Assembly (NCBI GenBank): GCA_018239815.1
Contig: JAFEGP010000031.1
Coordinates: 9,947-73,946, forward strand
Direction: 5' to 3'
From: Verrucomicrobiota bacterium
GTDB taxonomy: Bacteria; Chlamydiota; Chlamydiia; Chlamydiales; JAAKFR01
Length of the DNA: 64,000 bases
Shown here: positions 48,916 to 58,440 of the stretch, piece by piece
Layout of the letters: every line of letters starts with the position of its first letter
How positions within the stretch are numbered: the first letter of the stretch is position 1
Translations under genes and position numbers: made by a program
Notes under the pieces: model-generated
Seen by the model: the letters and a program-made list of their open reading frames with translations, nothing else
Database searches by the model: none
Told to the model about the DNA's origin: nothing

Positions 48916-49453
48916 CATTGGAGTACTGGCTTTACAAGGAGGATTTGCACCTCATATCCATATGTTACAGAGCCTGGGATATCGGCCTAGAGAGGTACGC
49001 TATGCGTATGAGCTCGATCTTTGTCATGGTTTAATTTTGCCTGGCGGAGAGTCCACAACTATCTATATCCAAGCCCAACGTATGAATTTGCTAGAGCCCT
49101 TGCTCCGCTTTGCAAAAAGAGCTCCCCTCTTTGGCACCTGCGCAGGTGCCATTTTAATGGCCAAATTAGGTATTTTAGATGTGAATGTGGAAAGAAATGC
49201 CTACGGCAGACAAATCGCTTCTTTCTGTGAACCCATATCTTTTCAAAAACATTGCTTTTCAGCGCTATTTATTCGCGCACCTATTATTCGAGAACTAGGG
49301 TCTACAGTAGAAGTTTTAGCTACCCATCAAGGGATGCCTGTATGCGTTCAGCAAGGTCATCATTTAGCTGCCACCTTCCATCCTGAACTGACAGAAGATG
49401 GCACCATTCATCGCTATTGGCTAGAACAAATTAAACAGAATCAAGAAGCGTAA
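48896..49453 (+). CDS. pdxT: Pyridoxal 5'-phosphate synthase glutaminase subunit PdxT
   Basis: [15 protein letters not shown], catalytic FGTCAGAI and FHPE. The start is uncertain; the TTG at 48896 overlaps the pdxS end. Confidence 0.9.
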
Positions 49454-50157
49454 GCCATTTCTTCTTCTTCTTTAAATCGATAGCCTACCCCTCTCACAGT
49501 CTCAATCCAATGAAAGTTAGGGCCCAGTTTCTTACGCAATGCTGCAATATGCACATCAATATTACGATCCATAATGAAGGCATCATCATTTTGCACATCG
49601 TCCAAAAGCTGGTTTCTTGTTAAAACTTTTCCGCGATTCGTTAAAAATCGTCGCAAAATACCGAATTCCGAAAGCGTAACAGGAATATATTTATCCCCCT
49701 TACGCAACAAATAACGATCGACTTCCAAAGTAAAATCGCCAAAACTCATTGTTTTTGTAAGGAGCTTCTCTCCCCCTTCGCGGCCTCGGCGCAGAACAGC
49801 TTTAACCCGAGAAAACAGTATTTTTGGGGAGAAAGGTTTAGCCACATAATCATCCGCACCTAACTCCAATCCCAATACAACATCCAACTCTTCATTTTTA
49901 GCTGATAGAATGATAACAGGAATGTTTTTTAACTCAGGATTATGTTTCATTTTTCGACAGATATCCAACCCATTTTGTCCAGGCAACATAATATCTAAAA
50001 CAACAAGATCAGGACGATTAAGCTCAACCGCTCTGTATCCATTAATACCGTCTGTTTCTACAAATAATTTATATCCAGAAATCTCGGCCTGTAATTTGAT
50101 AAGGGCAGCAATATCTTCTTCATCTTCAATAAGCAAGATGGATTTTTTTTGAGTCAT
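49441..50157 (-). CDS. OmpR/PhoB-family response regulator
   Basis: The receiver domain keeps the acidic pocket (IEDEED), a phospho-acceptor-like Asp (VVLDIMLPG), S/T (ILSAK) and Lys (VAKPF). The C-terminal winged helix reads ...IETVRGVGYRF. No histidine kinase lies in the window. Confidence 0.9.
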   Translation of the reverse strand: MTQKKSILLIEDEEDIAALIKLQAEISGYKLFVETDGINGYRAVELNRPDLVVLDIMLPGQNGLDICRKMKHNPELKNIPVIILSAKNEELDVVLGLELGADDYVAKPFSPKILFSRVKAVLRRGREGGEKLLTKTMSFGDFTLEVDRYLLRKGDKYIPVTLSEFGILRRFLTNRGKVLTRNQLLDDVQNDDAFIMDRNIDVHIAALRKKLGPNFHWIETVRGVGYRFKEEEEMAYAS

Positions 50158-50453
50158 AAACTAACACCTATTTTTGTTTTTCTTTATCTCAATGTTAACA
50201 GAACATTATTAAAACTCTAATTTTTTTCATATTATTTTTATCTTTACATTTTCTTTATTCTAAACAAGCTTCTTTTAAGATTTTCTAGTTTCTATTTGAA
50301 TTTTTAGCGTCTTATATTTAAGATGGCGCCTCATCTTAGACAGCCTAATAACGAAACAAGTAATTTCCCCATGACCGCAGACCTTGCTAATTTGCGCAAT
50401 CAAATGACACCCTCAGTAGCTCAATATTTAAAGATCGACCATGAGCCCTCCCT

Positions 50454-52307
50454 ATGACGTGTAAAAAAATCATTATTTTTTTTGTGTTTCTGAGTGTGTT
50501 AACCGTTTCCGGATACTACGGTTTTAAATTTTTCTCCCGTTCTTTCTATCCTGACAAAGCTTATCACTGTTTAGTAAATGGAGACTTGTTGGCAGCTTCT
50601 GAGTCTCTTCAAAACCTTCCCTCTCATCGACTGAGCTCTCCTCTTCCTTTATATTTAGGTTATTTAGAGTTAGCCCAGGAGCATTTTGATCAAGCCTCTT
50701 ATTACTTTAATCAACTCTTGCCTCTTCCCTTGGAGGATCCATCTGTGCTTGTACAAAGCCAGCTTGCTCTTGCTCTTTGTGCGTATCAAATGCAACAAGA
50801 AGAACAATTTTTAGAGCTGTTTCAAAAGGCAAAACAAACTCCATTCTCCCACCCTGCTATGCCGTTTTTTGAAGCGTTAAATTATTATCTGCAGGGTTAT
50901 TATTCCGAAGCAACTACTTCTTGGACGACTTATATTTCCTTACAAAACTCTTCCCAATGTGACTGGTTGATAGCTATTTTAAATCGCTTTTACCCTTCAT
51001 GCTGGGTACAGGTCCATCTGGCTCATTGTTTAATCGAGCAAGGTGACATTAAAATAGCCCGCCAACTTCTAGAAAAAGAACAACACCTTATTGATAATCC
51101 TGAACATCCAACTCAACAGCTTGCATCCCTTTTCCTTGGTTTGTGCTATCTTAAAGAAGCTAACAGCTTTCCTCTTGCTGAACGCACATCTTACTATCAA
51201 CTCGCTCACTTTTATTTTAGAAAAACTGCTCAACTCAACCCTTATGCTGATGAAAAACAACGAGTGATCCGCCACTTAAATCAAGAGCTTTCCGGCTTAC
51301 TTGGCTCTTCTCTATCTATATTCAATCAATCTTGGTGCCTTGCGCTTTTGCATTTATTACAAGATTGGCAAGAGACGTCTATTTTGAATAACTTAGCTGA
51401 TATGCTCGCTCAGCAAATTGTTTTTGAATCTCCAAAAGACCAGCAAAAGCTACTTACAACTTTACGTGAAGAATTCCAAGGTAGCTTGTTTTATCATACA
51501 TTTTGTGATTCTCTTGTCATCAATATCGAACAAGCTGTCTATCGCGATTGCTTACCCTCATTTTGTACTTTATGGAACACCATTTCCGAATTCCATTCTC
51601 TTTCTGAGGCCCAGATCCATCATCTAGCTGAAAAAGTCTATGAGCACATGCTAAAAACTATTTACTGGGATGAAACTGACTTATCAAACACACAGCATTT
51701 GGCAGACATTTATCTCACTCTTTTGCCTCACAATAATGATCTGCTTGCTTTCGCACTCATTCAGCAGGCTTTTCAGCTCTGGCGACATATTGGGCAGGAA
51801 GAAAAAAGCATTTATCTCATGGATTTTGTTTTAACATTTTCTCATCATAGACATGAGTTAGAACAACAAATCGAAATTTTTTTAAAGGATTTGTTTGTAA
51901 AAGCTGAAGCTAACAACTTACTTCCCCGCTTGGTATTTATTCATGAAGCCTTGTCCCATTTCCAAATTAACATGAATCAAGCAGCCTTCATGAACCATGA
52001 AAAAATCGCTAACCACCTTGCTGATGCTGCGTATTTGTATAAAGCTCGTAATTACCTTGCTTCACAAACACACGCTGCTTGGGTGCTTAAACTCGATCCT
52101 GATAATGTCTGTGCGCAACGTCTCATGGGCCTGAGTTCATTTCAATTGGGACAACATCAGCAAGCTATAGAATTTTTAAGACAATTGCCCTACCCTGATC
52201 TCTACGTACAACAAGCACTTGCCTTTGCACATGCTTATGCTAAAGAAAAGCAAAAAGAACACATCGCACAAAAAAATGACTTAGAAAATTTGAATGAAGG
52301 CGAGTGA
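50454..52307 (+). CDS. TPR-repeat protein with an N-terminal membrane anchor
   Basis: 617 aa. N-terminal TM segment (IIIFFVFLSVLTVSGYYGF). Repeated Ala/Tyr/Leu helical pairs, including a clear C-terminal TPR (...AAYLYKARNYLASQTHAAWVLKLDPDN...). Confidence 0.7.
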   Translation: MTCKKIIIFFVFLSVLTVSGYYGFKFFSRSFYPDKAYHCLVNGDLLAASESLQNLPSHRLSSPLPLYLGYLELAQEHFDQASYYFNQLLPLPLEDPSVLVQSQLALALCAYQMQQEEQFLELFQKAKQTPFSHPAMPFFEALNYYLQGYYSEATTSWTTYISLQNSSQCDWLIAILNRFYPSCWVQVHLAHCLIEQGDIKIARQLLEKEQHLIDNPEHPTQQLASLFLGLCYLKEANSFPLAERTSYYQLAHFYFRKTAQLNPYADEKQRVIRHLNQELSGLLGSSLSIFNQSWCLALLHLLQDWQETSILNNLADMLAQQIVFESPKDQQKLLTTLREEFQGSLFYHTFCDSLVINIEQAVYRDCLPSFCTLWNTISEFHSLSEAQIHHLAEKVYEHMLKTIYWDETDLSNTQHLADIYLTLLPHNNDLLAFALIQQAFQLWRHIGQEEKSIYLMDFVLTFSHHRHELEQQIEIFLKDLFVKAEANNLLPRLVFIHEALSHFQINMNQAAFMNHEKIANHLADAAYLYKARNYLASQTHAAWVLKLDPDNVCAQRLMGLSSFQLGQHQQAIEFLRQLPYPDLYVQQALAFAHAYAKEKQKEHIAQKNDLENLNEGE

Positions 52308-52349
52308 ACTTATTGCATACTAAATCAAAAATGCTTATGAAAAACGAAA

Positions 52350-53369
52350 GTGAGCGCATCTGACATTACTTTTAACCATCAAAACTATCATCAAAAAGTA
52401 AGTTCGTTATGGGACTTGACTCTTGATCGCTTAAACACCCTGCTCATACGTTTTGTTTTGTTTCATGCTGTTTTCGTTGCGATCTGTTTATTAGAGCTGG
52501 CATGCTTTCTATCTTTCTTACACAACTTATCTCATCCTACTGTTCTTGCTTTTACTCTCGCTCTATTTTTTATGACCGTTTTTTCTTTTCTGGTCTTACG
52601 CCTATATGTCTTTGCTAAACGCCCTGATGTGGTTGCTGATCTTGTGGATGACTATCTATTACGTTGCAAGGAAATGTTGCGTTATCAAGAAGGCATTCCT
52701 GAACATCACATTGCTTTAGCTAATGCTGCTCATAAGTTAGCTCACTACCTACATGAGAAAGAATATACGTACTATACACCGCCTTTTTTTCTAAAAAATC
52801 TCTCTGCTACTTTTGAAAAATTTAGTTGCTTCTGTCACTGGAAAGATTTTTTTCAAATCAAAGAACTACTACTTCAGGCCGCTGTGGACGAACATATCAA
52901 AGTTGTAAAGTGTGAGCCCACTAACCTAGAAGTGCATGCAGCATTGGCCAATGCTTACGTGACGCTTTCAGCTTTATATGCTGACCCTAGAAAATATCAA
53001 GGTTATGATGGAGAAAGATGGCTCCCTCCTCAAAGGCTAGGCTCTTCTATGCAGGAAAAATTCCGACTTACAGCTCAGAAGGCCATAGAAGAATTTAAAA
53101 TTCTCAAAGACTATGCTCCCCATGATCCATGGGTACACATGCAGCTTGCTTATAGCTATCATGACTTACATATGCCTGCAGAAGAAATTACGGAATATGA
53201 AGCGCTTCTACACCTTAAACCCGATGATCCTGATACTCTATTTAAGTTGGGTGTTCTCTACTTCCAACAAGGGCTCAATGCCAAAGGACTGCACATTTTT
53301 GAACGTCTTAAGCACTCTCATTTTAAAAAAGCTGAAAGTCTCATCAAATTCTATGGCAGCGCTTCCTAG
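52350..53369 (+). CDS. Membrane protein with a paired (bilobed) hydrophobic domain and C-terminal TPR repeats; Inc-like candidate
   Basis: 339 aa with a GTG start. Residues ~30-90 read LLIRFVLFHAVFVAICLLELACFLSFL-HNLSHP-TVLAFTLALFFMTVFSFLVLRLYVF. The C-terminal TPRs include ...WVHMQLAYSYHDLHMPAEEITEYEALLHLKPDDPDTLFKLGVLYFQQG.... Confidence 0.65.
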   Translation: MSASDITFNHQNYHQKVSSLWDLTLDRLNTLLIRFVLFHAVFVAICLLELACFLSFLHNLSHPTVLAFTLALFFMTVFSFLVLRLYVFAKRPDVVADLVDDYLLRCKEMLRYQEGIPEHHIALANAAHKLAHYLHEKEYTYYTPPFFLKNLSATFEKFSCFCHWKDFFQIKELLLQAAVDEHIKVVKCEPTNLEVHAALANAYVTLSALYADPRKYQGYDGERWLPPQRLGSSMQEKFRLTAQKAIEEFKILKDYAPHDPWVHMQLAYSYHDLHMPAEEITEYEALLHLKPDDPDTLFKLGVLYFQQGLNAKGLHIFERLKHSHFKKAESLIKFYGSAS

Positions 53370-53372
53370 TAT

Positions 53373-54275
53373 TTAGCGCATCATTCCAAGCAAAAGGCCC
53401 ACAATACACAAAGAACAGGCCTTCCAGTTTACTTTTTCCTTATAGAGCCTAACAGCCCAAAGATTACAGAATACTAACACACCTACAGTGAATACAGGAA
53501 AAAGCAAGGCATTTTCCCAAGGGGCTGATATCTGAGGTGCCAAAATTAAAAAATAAGAACAAATTCCAGTGGCAACACCCCCAATAAGACCGTACATAAG
53601 CTCATGTCTTACAGGAAATCTTTTTTCTTGTTTTATAAACACAATCCACTGAAATAGACCTGCAACAAAGAAAATAGCAGGCATAAACCATTGAATATGG
53701 GTGGTGTTAATATGAAATGGCAATAATTTTGTTAAAGATAATTCCGGATTCAAGACCATTGCCCACCACTGCAGAAAAATAAGATATAGGGCATGACAGG
53801 CAAACATCAGCAAAGCAAATATCGCCCACTGTCGCTTATGAGGATTGTACTCGCTTGTCCAGCCAGCCCAAAAAATCCCTACAGTCACAAGAATAAATCC
53901 CATCCCATGGAATCTGGTTAACACATGACCAAAAGCCTCACCAAAACATACCGCTAATACTAAGGCAGGCATAATAGACGATGCATTCAAAACAGCAATA
54001 GATAGGCCTGCTGGTCCTTTTTCCAATGTTTTTCCAAGCCCCCAAAAAAAGACCCCTAAAATAAAACCGCCTACACACCCAAGAGCCACAGCAGGCACAT
54101 AAATGCTAAAATCCTGCATACGTATAGGATTTAGTAAAATCATAACTAGGCATGACACCATGACTTGAATTGCCAAATAACCTTTACTACTACCTCCAAC
54201 GCCTACGCTGATACGGAGTAATAAATTAGACAAAGCCGCTAAAAGCGCTGCAATCAATACAAAAATTAAGCCCAT
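53373..54275 (-). CDS. Multi-pass permease, DMT/EamA-like
   Basis: 300 aa. About ten hydrophobic helices in two similar halves, a Gly-rich N-terminal helix and no soluble domain. The family call is tentative. Confidence 0.55.
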   Translation of the reverse strand: MGLIFVLIAALLAALSNLLLRISVGVGGSSKGYLAIQVMVSCLVMILLNPIRMQDFSIYVPAVALGCVGGFILGVFFWGLGKTLEKGPAGLSIAVLNASSIMPALVLAVCFGEAFGHVLTRFHGMGFILVTVGIFWAGWTSEYNPHKRQWAIFALLMFACHALYLIFLQWWAMVLNPELSLTKLLPFHINTTHIQWFMPAIFFVAGLFQWIVFIKQEKRFPVRHELMYGLIGGVATGICSYFLILAPQISAPWENALLFPVFTVGVLVFCNLWAVRLYKEKVNWKACSLCIVGLLLGMMR

Positions 54276-54335
54276 ATCAAAAATCCACCTTGCCTTTTGA
54301 TTTCAGCAATTCTACGATACAAAGTGATTTTAGCA

Positions 54336-56888
54336 ATGCAAAAGATCCTGATAATCTGCACTTTTGTTACAAGTAGCTTATTTGCTTTACCCTCTGATAT
54401 TAAGAATGATGAGGAATTGCTTTTTGCTCGTCGTATTATTGAATTTTGGAGGGATCATGATCGAACCTTCATTCAAAACCAGATAGAAAATTTTTTATCT
54501 CAATATCCAGAAAGTGAATTCACAGATCATTTTTACGCTATTTTAGCGGATATCTTTATAGAACAACGAGATTTTGAACGTGCTTTAGCTTCCTATTCTC
54601 TTATTAAAAATACTGAGATTATTAATCGCGTGCGCATTAAGAGATGGTATGCACTGTATCAATTGCATCACTATACTCAGCTTTATTATGAAATTGCTCC
54701 TCAACTAGCCTTCGTACAAGAAGAAGAGGGCATTTTCTACTACGCTGAAGCAGCATTAAGAGAAGCTCTTAATCTTAAGGATCTTCCTGAACAAGAACTA
54801 CAACAACATATGCTTCTTGAAACAGCCTTGGATGCTTACAGCAAACTACAAAAAAGCGAGCGTTTTTCTGGCAATGCACAGCTTGCAATGGCAGAGATTT
54901 ATCGCTATTTAGGTCACCTTGATCAAGCAGCAAAATTATACTATGCTATTGCACAAGAACAAAAAAATCCCCAAATCCTCTATCGCGCAGCCACACTTTT
55001 AGCTCTTTGTGATGAAACTAAAGCTCTGGATTTGTTTGCTAGATTAGCTAAAGGAGGAGGAACACGTGCTGCAGAAGCAGCTTATCAGTGGTTGCAACTA
55101 CTAGCAAAAACTAAACAATGGTCTGTATTAAAAAAAGAACGGCGATGTTTTCTTTCAACTCTAACAGAACCGCATCTATGCATTTACCATTTCTATTTAG
55201 GTATGTTGACCTATGAAGAAGGCCATTACCAAGAAGCCTCAGAGCCCTTAAAACAAAGCCTTGTCTTGGGACTCAAACCCCCTCATGATCGAAATGCTGC
55301 AACCGCTTTGTTAATTTGTGCTAGAGAGATGATGAGTCCTGAAACGGCTGAATATGCCTATAACGTTATTAAAGAACGTTATCCCGAAGATATTGAAGAA
55401 GCTTCATTAACAAGGGGTATTTGCTACCGCAAGGCCGGACAGCTTGATCTTGCCTCAGAGATGTTATCTCATATCATTACAATGGGCCACTCTCTACCTA
55501 TTTTAGAAACAGCCTATCTTGAAGACATACAATTGCTAACAGATCAGCATAAATGGGAAGACGCCCATAATCGTATACAAGAGTTCTTAAATCGCTTCCC
55601 CTTATCTCTACAGCGCTTGAATATGTTGCGTTTAGCTGTAGAGCTCTCTTTGGCTGATTTATCTTCTACTCACCATTACACACAACTTGCTTGCGATCTA
55701 CAACAGGCTTTATCTATTCCTAATCTCTATACTCCTTCAGAAACCTTAGAATACAGGCTTTTATTAGCAAAATGCTATGTCAATTTAGCAAATTATCCTG
55801 CAAGCCTAGTCCTGCTTAATGAACTTGTCCAGGAAGGTTTGCAATCTGCTGAGATACACTATTTATTCACTTTAAGCTTGCTGCAGACTAACGGCACGCC
55901 TGAGCAGATTATCGAACATGGTGAAAAAGTCTTAACGATGGATCCTCAATTCTATGAGATAAATCGCTTACATCTTTATCTCTTTAATGCTTATCTGGAA
56001 CTTAGCTGTAAACTGCATAATGATGCCTATGCCCAACAGGCTGCAGACCATCTTTTCTCTGTGATTGATCATCTTCCTATCTCACTGGAGAACCAGTTGT
56101 GGCTAGCACACACCTATGCGAAACAACCTTCTCAACTCTCACGTGCACGCCACATTTTAGAGCGTATTTTGTTAGGCAATAAGGAAAAAATGCATAAACT
56201 GCACCCTGAAGTTTTATTACTTGCCTCCATCTATCAACAAACTGGAGCACCTCTTAAAGCCTTAGATTTATTAGAACCCTTGTATCAATCCAATCCATCT
56301 TTAAACACTTGCCTATGTCTTGCCTCAACACATAAAGATTTAGGGCACTATCAAAAAGCTTTCCTTTTATTCAAAAGCCTAGAATCTTGTAGCGATATAC
56401 AAATTGCATTGTCAGCGCAGTTAGAAAACGCCCGTCTTGTGTTATCCCACCCTGAAGTAGAAGGAAACTCCCAACAAGCCTTACAAACCTTAAAAGACCT
56501 ATGGGTACAAAAATCACTAGTTTCAGAACCTATACATCTAGAAGCTGCTTTAGATTATATCGATTTTTACACTCGTACTCATCCCAAAGAATCTCAACTC
56601 ACCTTATTACGCTCCATTAAAGATCATTTCACCAGTGAGCGTGATATTTGCTCTAAGGATTATCATGAATCACGTCGAGGGTTGTATGAAAAAGACCGCC
56701 TCTATCAATCCTATATGCGTTTATTAGATGCAAAAATCTGTTTAGCAGAAGCTAATGAACTTAAACTCTCCTCTCAAGAAGCAGAATCTAAAAAGAAAGC
56801 TGCCCATGCGCTATTTTCAACACTTTTACAAGGCAAATATGCTCAAACAGCCTATATTACACAAAAAGCTCGACTTGAGGTAAACTGA
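54336..56888 (+). CDS. Large secreted/periplasmic TPR-repeat protein
   Basis: The ATG at 54336 gives the signal peptide MQKILIICTFVTSSLFALP. About 850 aa of TPR-like helical repeats follow. The track start (TTG at 54297) is less likely. Confidence 0.7.
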   Translation: MQKILIICTFVTSSLFALPSDIKNDEELLFARRIIEFWRDHDRTFIQNQIENFLSQYPESEFTDHFYAILADIFIEQRDFERALASYSLIKNTEIINRVRIKRWYALYQLHHYTQLYYEIAPQLAFVQEEEGIFYYAEAALREALNLKDLPEQELQQHMLLETALDAYSKLQKSERFSGNAQLAMAEIYRYLGHLDQAAKLYYAIAQEQKNPQILYRAATLLALCDETKALDLFARLAKGGGTRAAEAAYQWLQLLAKTKQWSVLKKERRCFLSTLTEPHLCIYHFYLGMLTYEEGHYQEASEPLKQSLVLGLKPPHDRNAATALLICAREMMSPETAEYAYNVIKERYPEDIEEASLTRGICYRKAGQLDLASEMLSHIITMGHSLPILETAYLEDIQLLTDQHKWEDAHNRIQEFLNRFPLSLQRLNMLRLAVELSLADLSSTHHYTQLACDLQQALSIPNLYTPSETLEYRLLLAKCYVNLANYPASLVLLNELVQEGLQSAEIHYLFTLSLLQTNGTPEQIIEHGEKVLTMDPQFYEINRLHLYLFNAYLELSCKLHNDAYAQQAADHLFSVIDHLPISLENQLWLAHTYAKQPSQLSRARHILERILLGNKEKMHKLHPEVLLLASIYQQTGAPLKALDLLEPLYQSNPSLNTCLCLASTHKDLGHYQKAFLLFKSLESCSDIQIALSAQLENARLVLSHPEVEGNSQQALQTLKDLWVQKSLVSEPIHLEAALDYIDFYTRTHPKESQLTLLRSIKDHFTSERDICSKDYHESRRGLYEKDRLYQSYMRLLDAKICLAEANELKLSSQEAESKKKAAHALFSTLLQGKYAQTAYITQKARLEVN

Positions 56889-56889
56889 C

Positions 56890-58440
56890 TTGTCATTCAA
56901 TCTTCGGATCTTAAGCTATGTGCTCCTTTTAGATCTCTTTGTACATACTTTTGGACTGTATTGTTTACATCATTGCTCGTTACCTTATCGAGTCTCTCAC
57001 CTCCCATATTTTTCTGCTGATTTTGAACAACAAACCTTTGAACTTATTAAGTCCAAGGAACGGGCTGCCGTTGTAAGTCAATTATTCGATCAAGTGACTA
57101 ATAAAGAAGTGGAAGTTAAGCAGGAGTTCCAGCAACTTCAACCTGAATTTGCTCCCTCTACTGCTCTTTTAATTCCGCAAAAAGAGCCTCTATCCCTGGA
57201 CATTTCAACGCCTTTTAAAATTTCTGATCATCCCTTTAACCTAGACTCAGAAACACCAAAATTTCTGTCCCCTGATGAAGAAACATTTCTAACGTGGCAA
57301 AGCCAGTCCCTTATTACTCCTTCCTCCCAAGGCACACTTGAAGATCTTTTTATGATTTCAGAACTTCTACCGCAGCCTTGCCCTTATGATGGATTAGAAA
57401 TGCTGGCAGAAAGCGATCACTTTGATATTTCTGTAGAGTACACTCAAAGACAATTTCGACCCGGCTACATTTTTAAAATTACATTTACACCAAAACAAGA
57501 AATCTTATTTAAACGCATTGCTCATAACTATTTTTTCCTTCTTGACCGATCTAATTCTATCCCTAGAGCACGCTTTGCATTAAATAAAGAAATTGTCAGC
57601 AAAGCTTTAGAACTGCTCAAACCTCAAGACTCATTTAATATTTTGTTGTTTGATGACAAAGTGTGTCGACTCTCGGAGAAAAAATTACTGTGGAATGAAC
57701 AAAATATCAAACTAGCAAGGGAGTTCTTAACAAAACAAAGTCACGGCGGTTACTTTGCTGCAACAGAACTCTATGGTTCCTTAGGTAAAATTATTCCTGA
57801 CAATGTGAGTGACCATGAAGTGAATACGGTCATTTTACTTTCAGATGGTGATACTTACTTATCTTTAGACAAGCAACGCCAAACAATTGGAGAATGGACA
57901 ACACGCAATCAAGGAAAAGTGTCTCTCTATGCAGCTGCTTCAGGAGGAGGTAACAATCTGCCTCTTCTAGAGCTTATCAGCACTTTCAATAAAGGAAGTC
58001 TTATTTATAGCTACGATCATCGCCTATTAGCAGAACGCGTTTTACAACTTCTAAGTTCTATTCGTAATCCAATTGGGAAACAAATGGTTGCTACAGCCAT
58101 TACAGCAGACAAACAGGCTACCATTCTGCTACAACCCAAAAATCAAAGACTACCTGATCTCTATCAAAATCGTCCCTTTGTAATTTATGGTTCTATCAAT
58201 CGACTTACTGATTTTGTTTTATTTTTACAGGGCAAGTATTATGATCATCACTTTGATATTAAAAAAAACATCTGCTTTGAACAAGCGAAGGTAGGAGCGC
58301 CTACCCTTGAAAAACTATGGACTCAGCTGGTTGTTCAAGATCTTTATGAACGCTTTTTTGAAGATGGTAACTTTAAACATTTAGATGCAGCTAAACACCT
58401 ATTGATACCTATGCAACTACCCCTTCTCTTTATTGACTAA
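56890..58440 (+). CDS. Membrane-anchored von Willebrand factor type A (vWA) protein, VIT-vWA-like
   Basis: N-terminal hydrophobic anchor. MIDAS DxSxS (LLDRSNS), then ...ATELY... and LLSDGD. The TTG start lies 1 nt after the stop of the upstream TPR gene, and its own stop overlaps the rsmD ATG (TAATG). Confidence 0.75.
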   Translation: MSFNLRILSYVLLLDLFVHTFGLYCLHHCSLPYRVSHLPYFSADFEQQTFELIKSKERAAVVSQLFDQVTNKEVEVKQEFQQLQPEFAPSTALLIPQKEPLSLDISTPFKISDHPFNLDSETPKFLSPDEETFLTWQSQSLITPSSQGTLEDLFMISELLPQPCPYDGLEMLAESDHFDISVEYTQRQFRPGYIFKITFTPKQEILFKRIAHNYFFLLDRSNSIPRARFALNKEIVSKALELLKPQDSFNILLFDDKVCRLSEKKLLWNEQNIKLAREFLTKQSHGGYFAATELYGSLGKIIPDNVSDHEVNTVILLSDGDTYLSLDKQRQTIGEWTTRNQGKVSLYAAASGGGNNLPLLELISTFNKGSLIYSYDHRLLAERVLQLLSSIRNPIGKQMVATAITADKQATILLQPKNQRLPDLYQNRPFVIYGSINRLTDFVLFLQGKYYDHHFDIKKNICFEQAKVGAPTLEKLWTQLVVQDLYERFFEDGNFKHLDAAKHLLIPMQLPLLFID

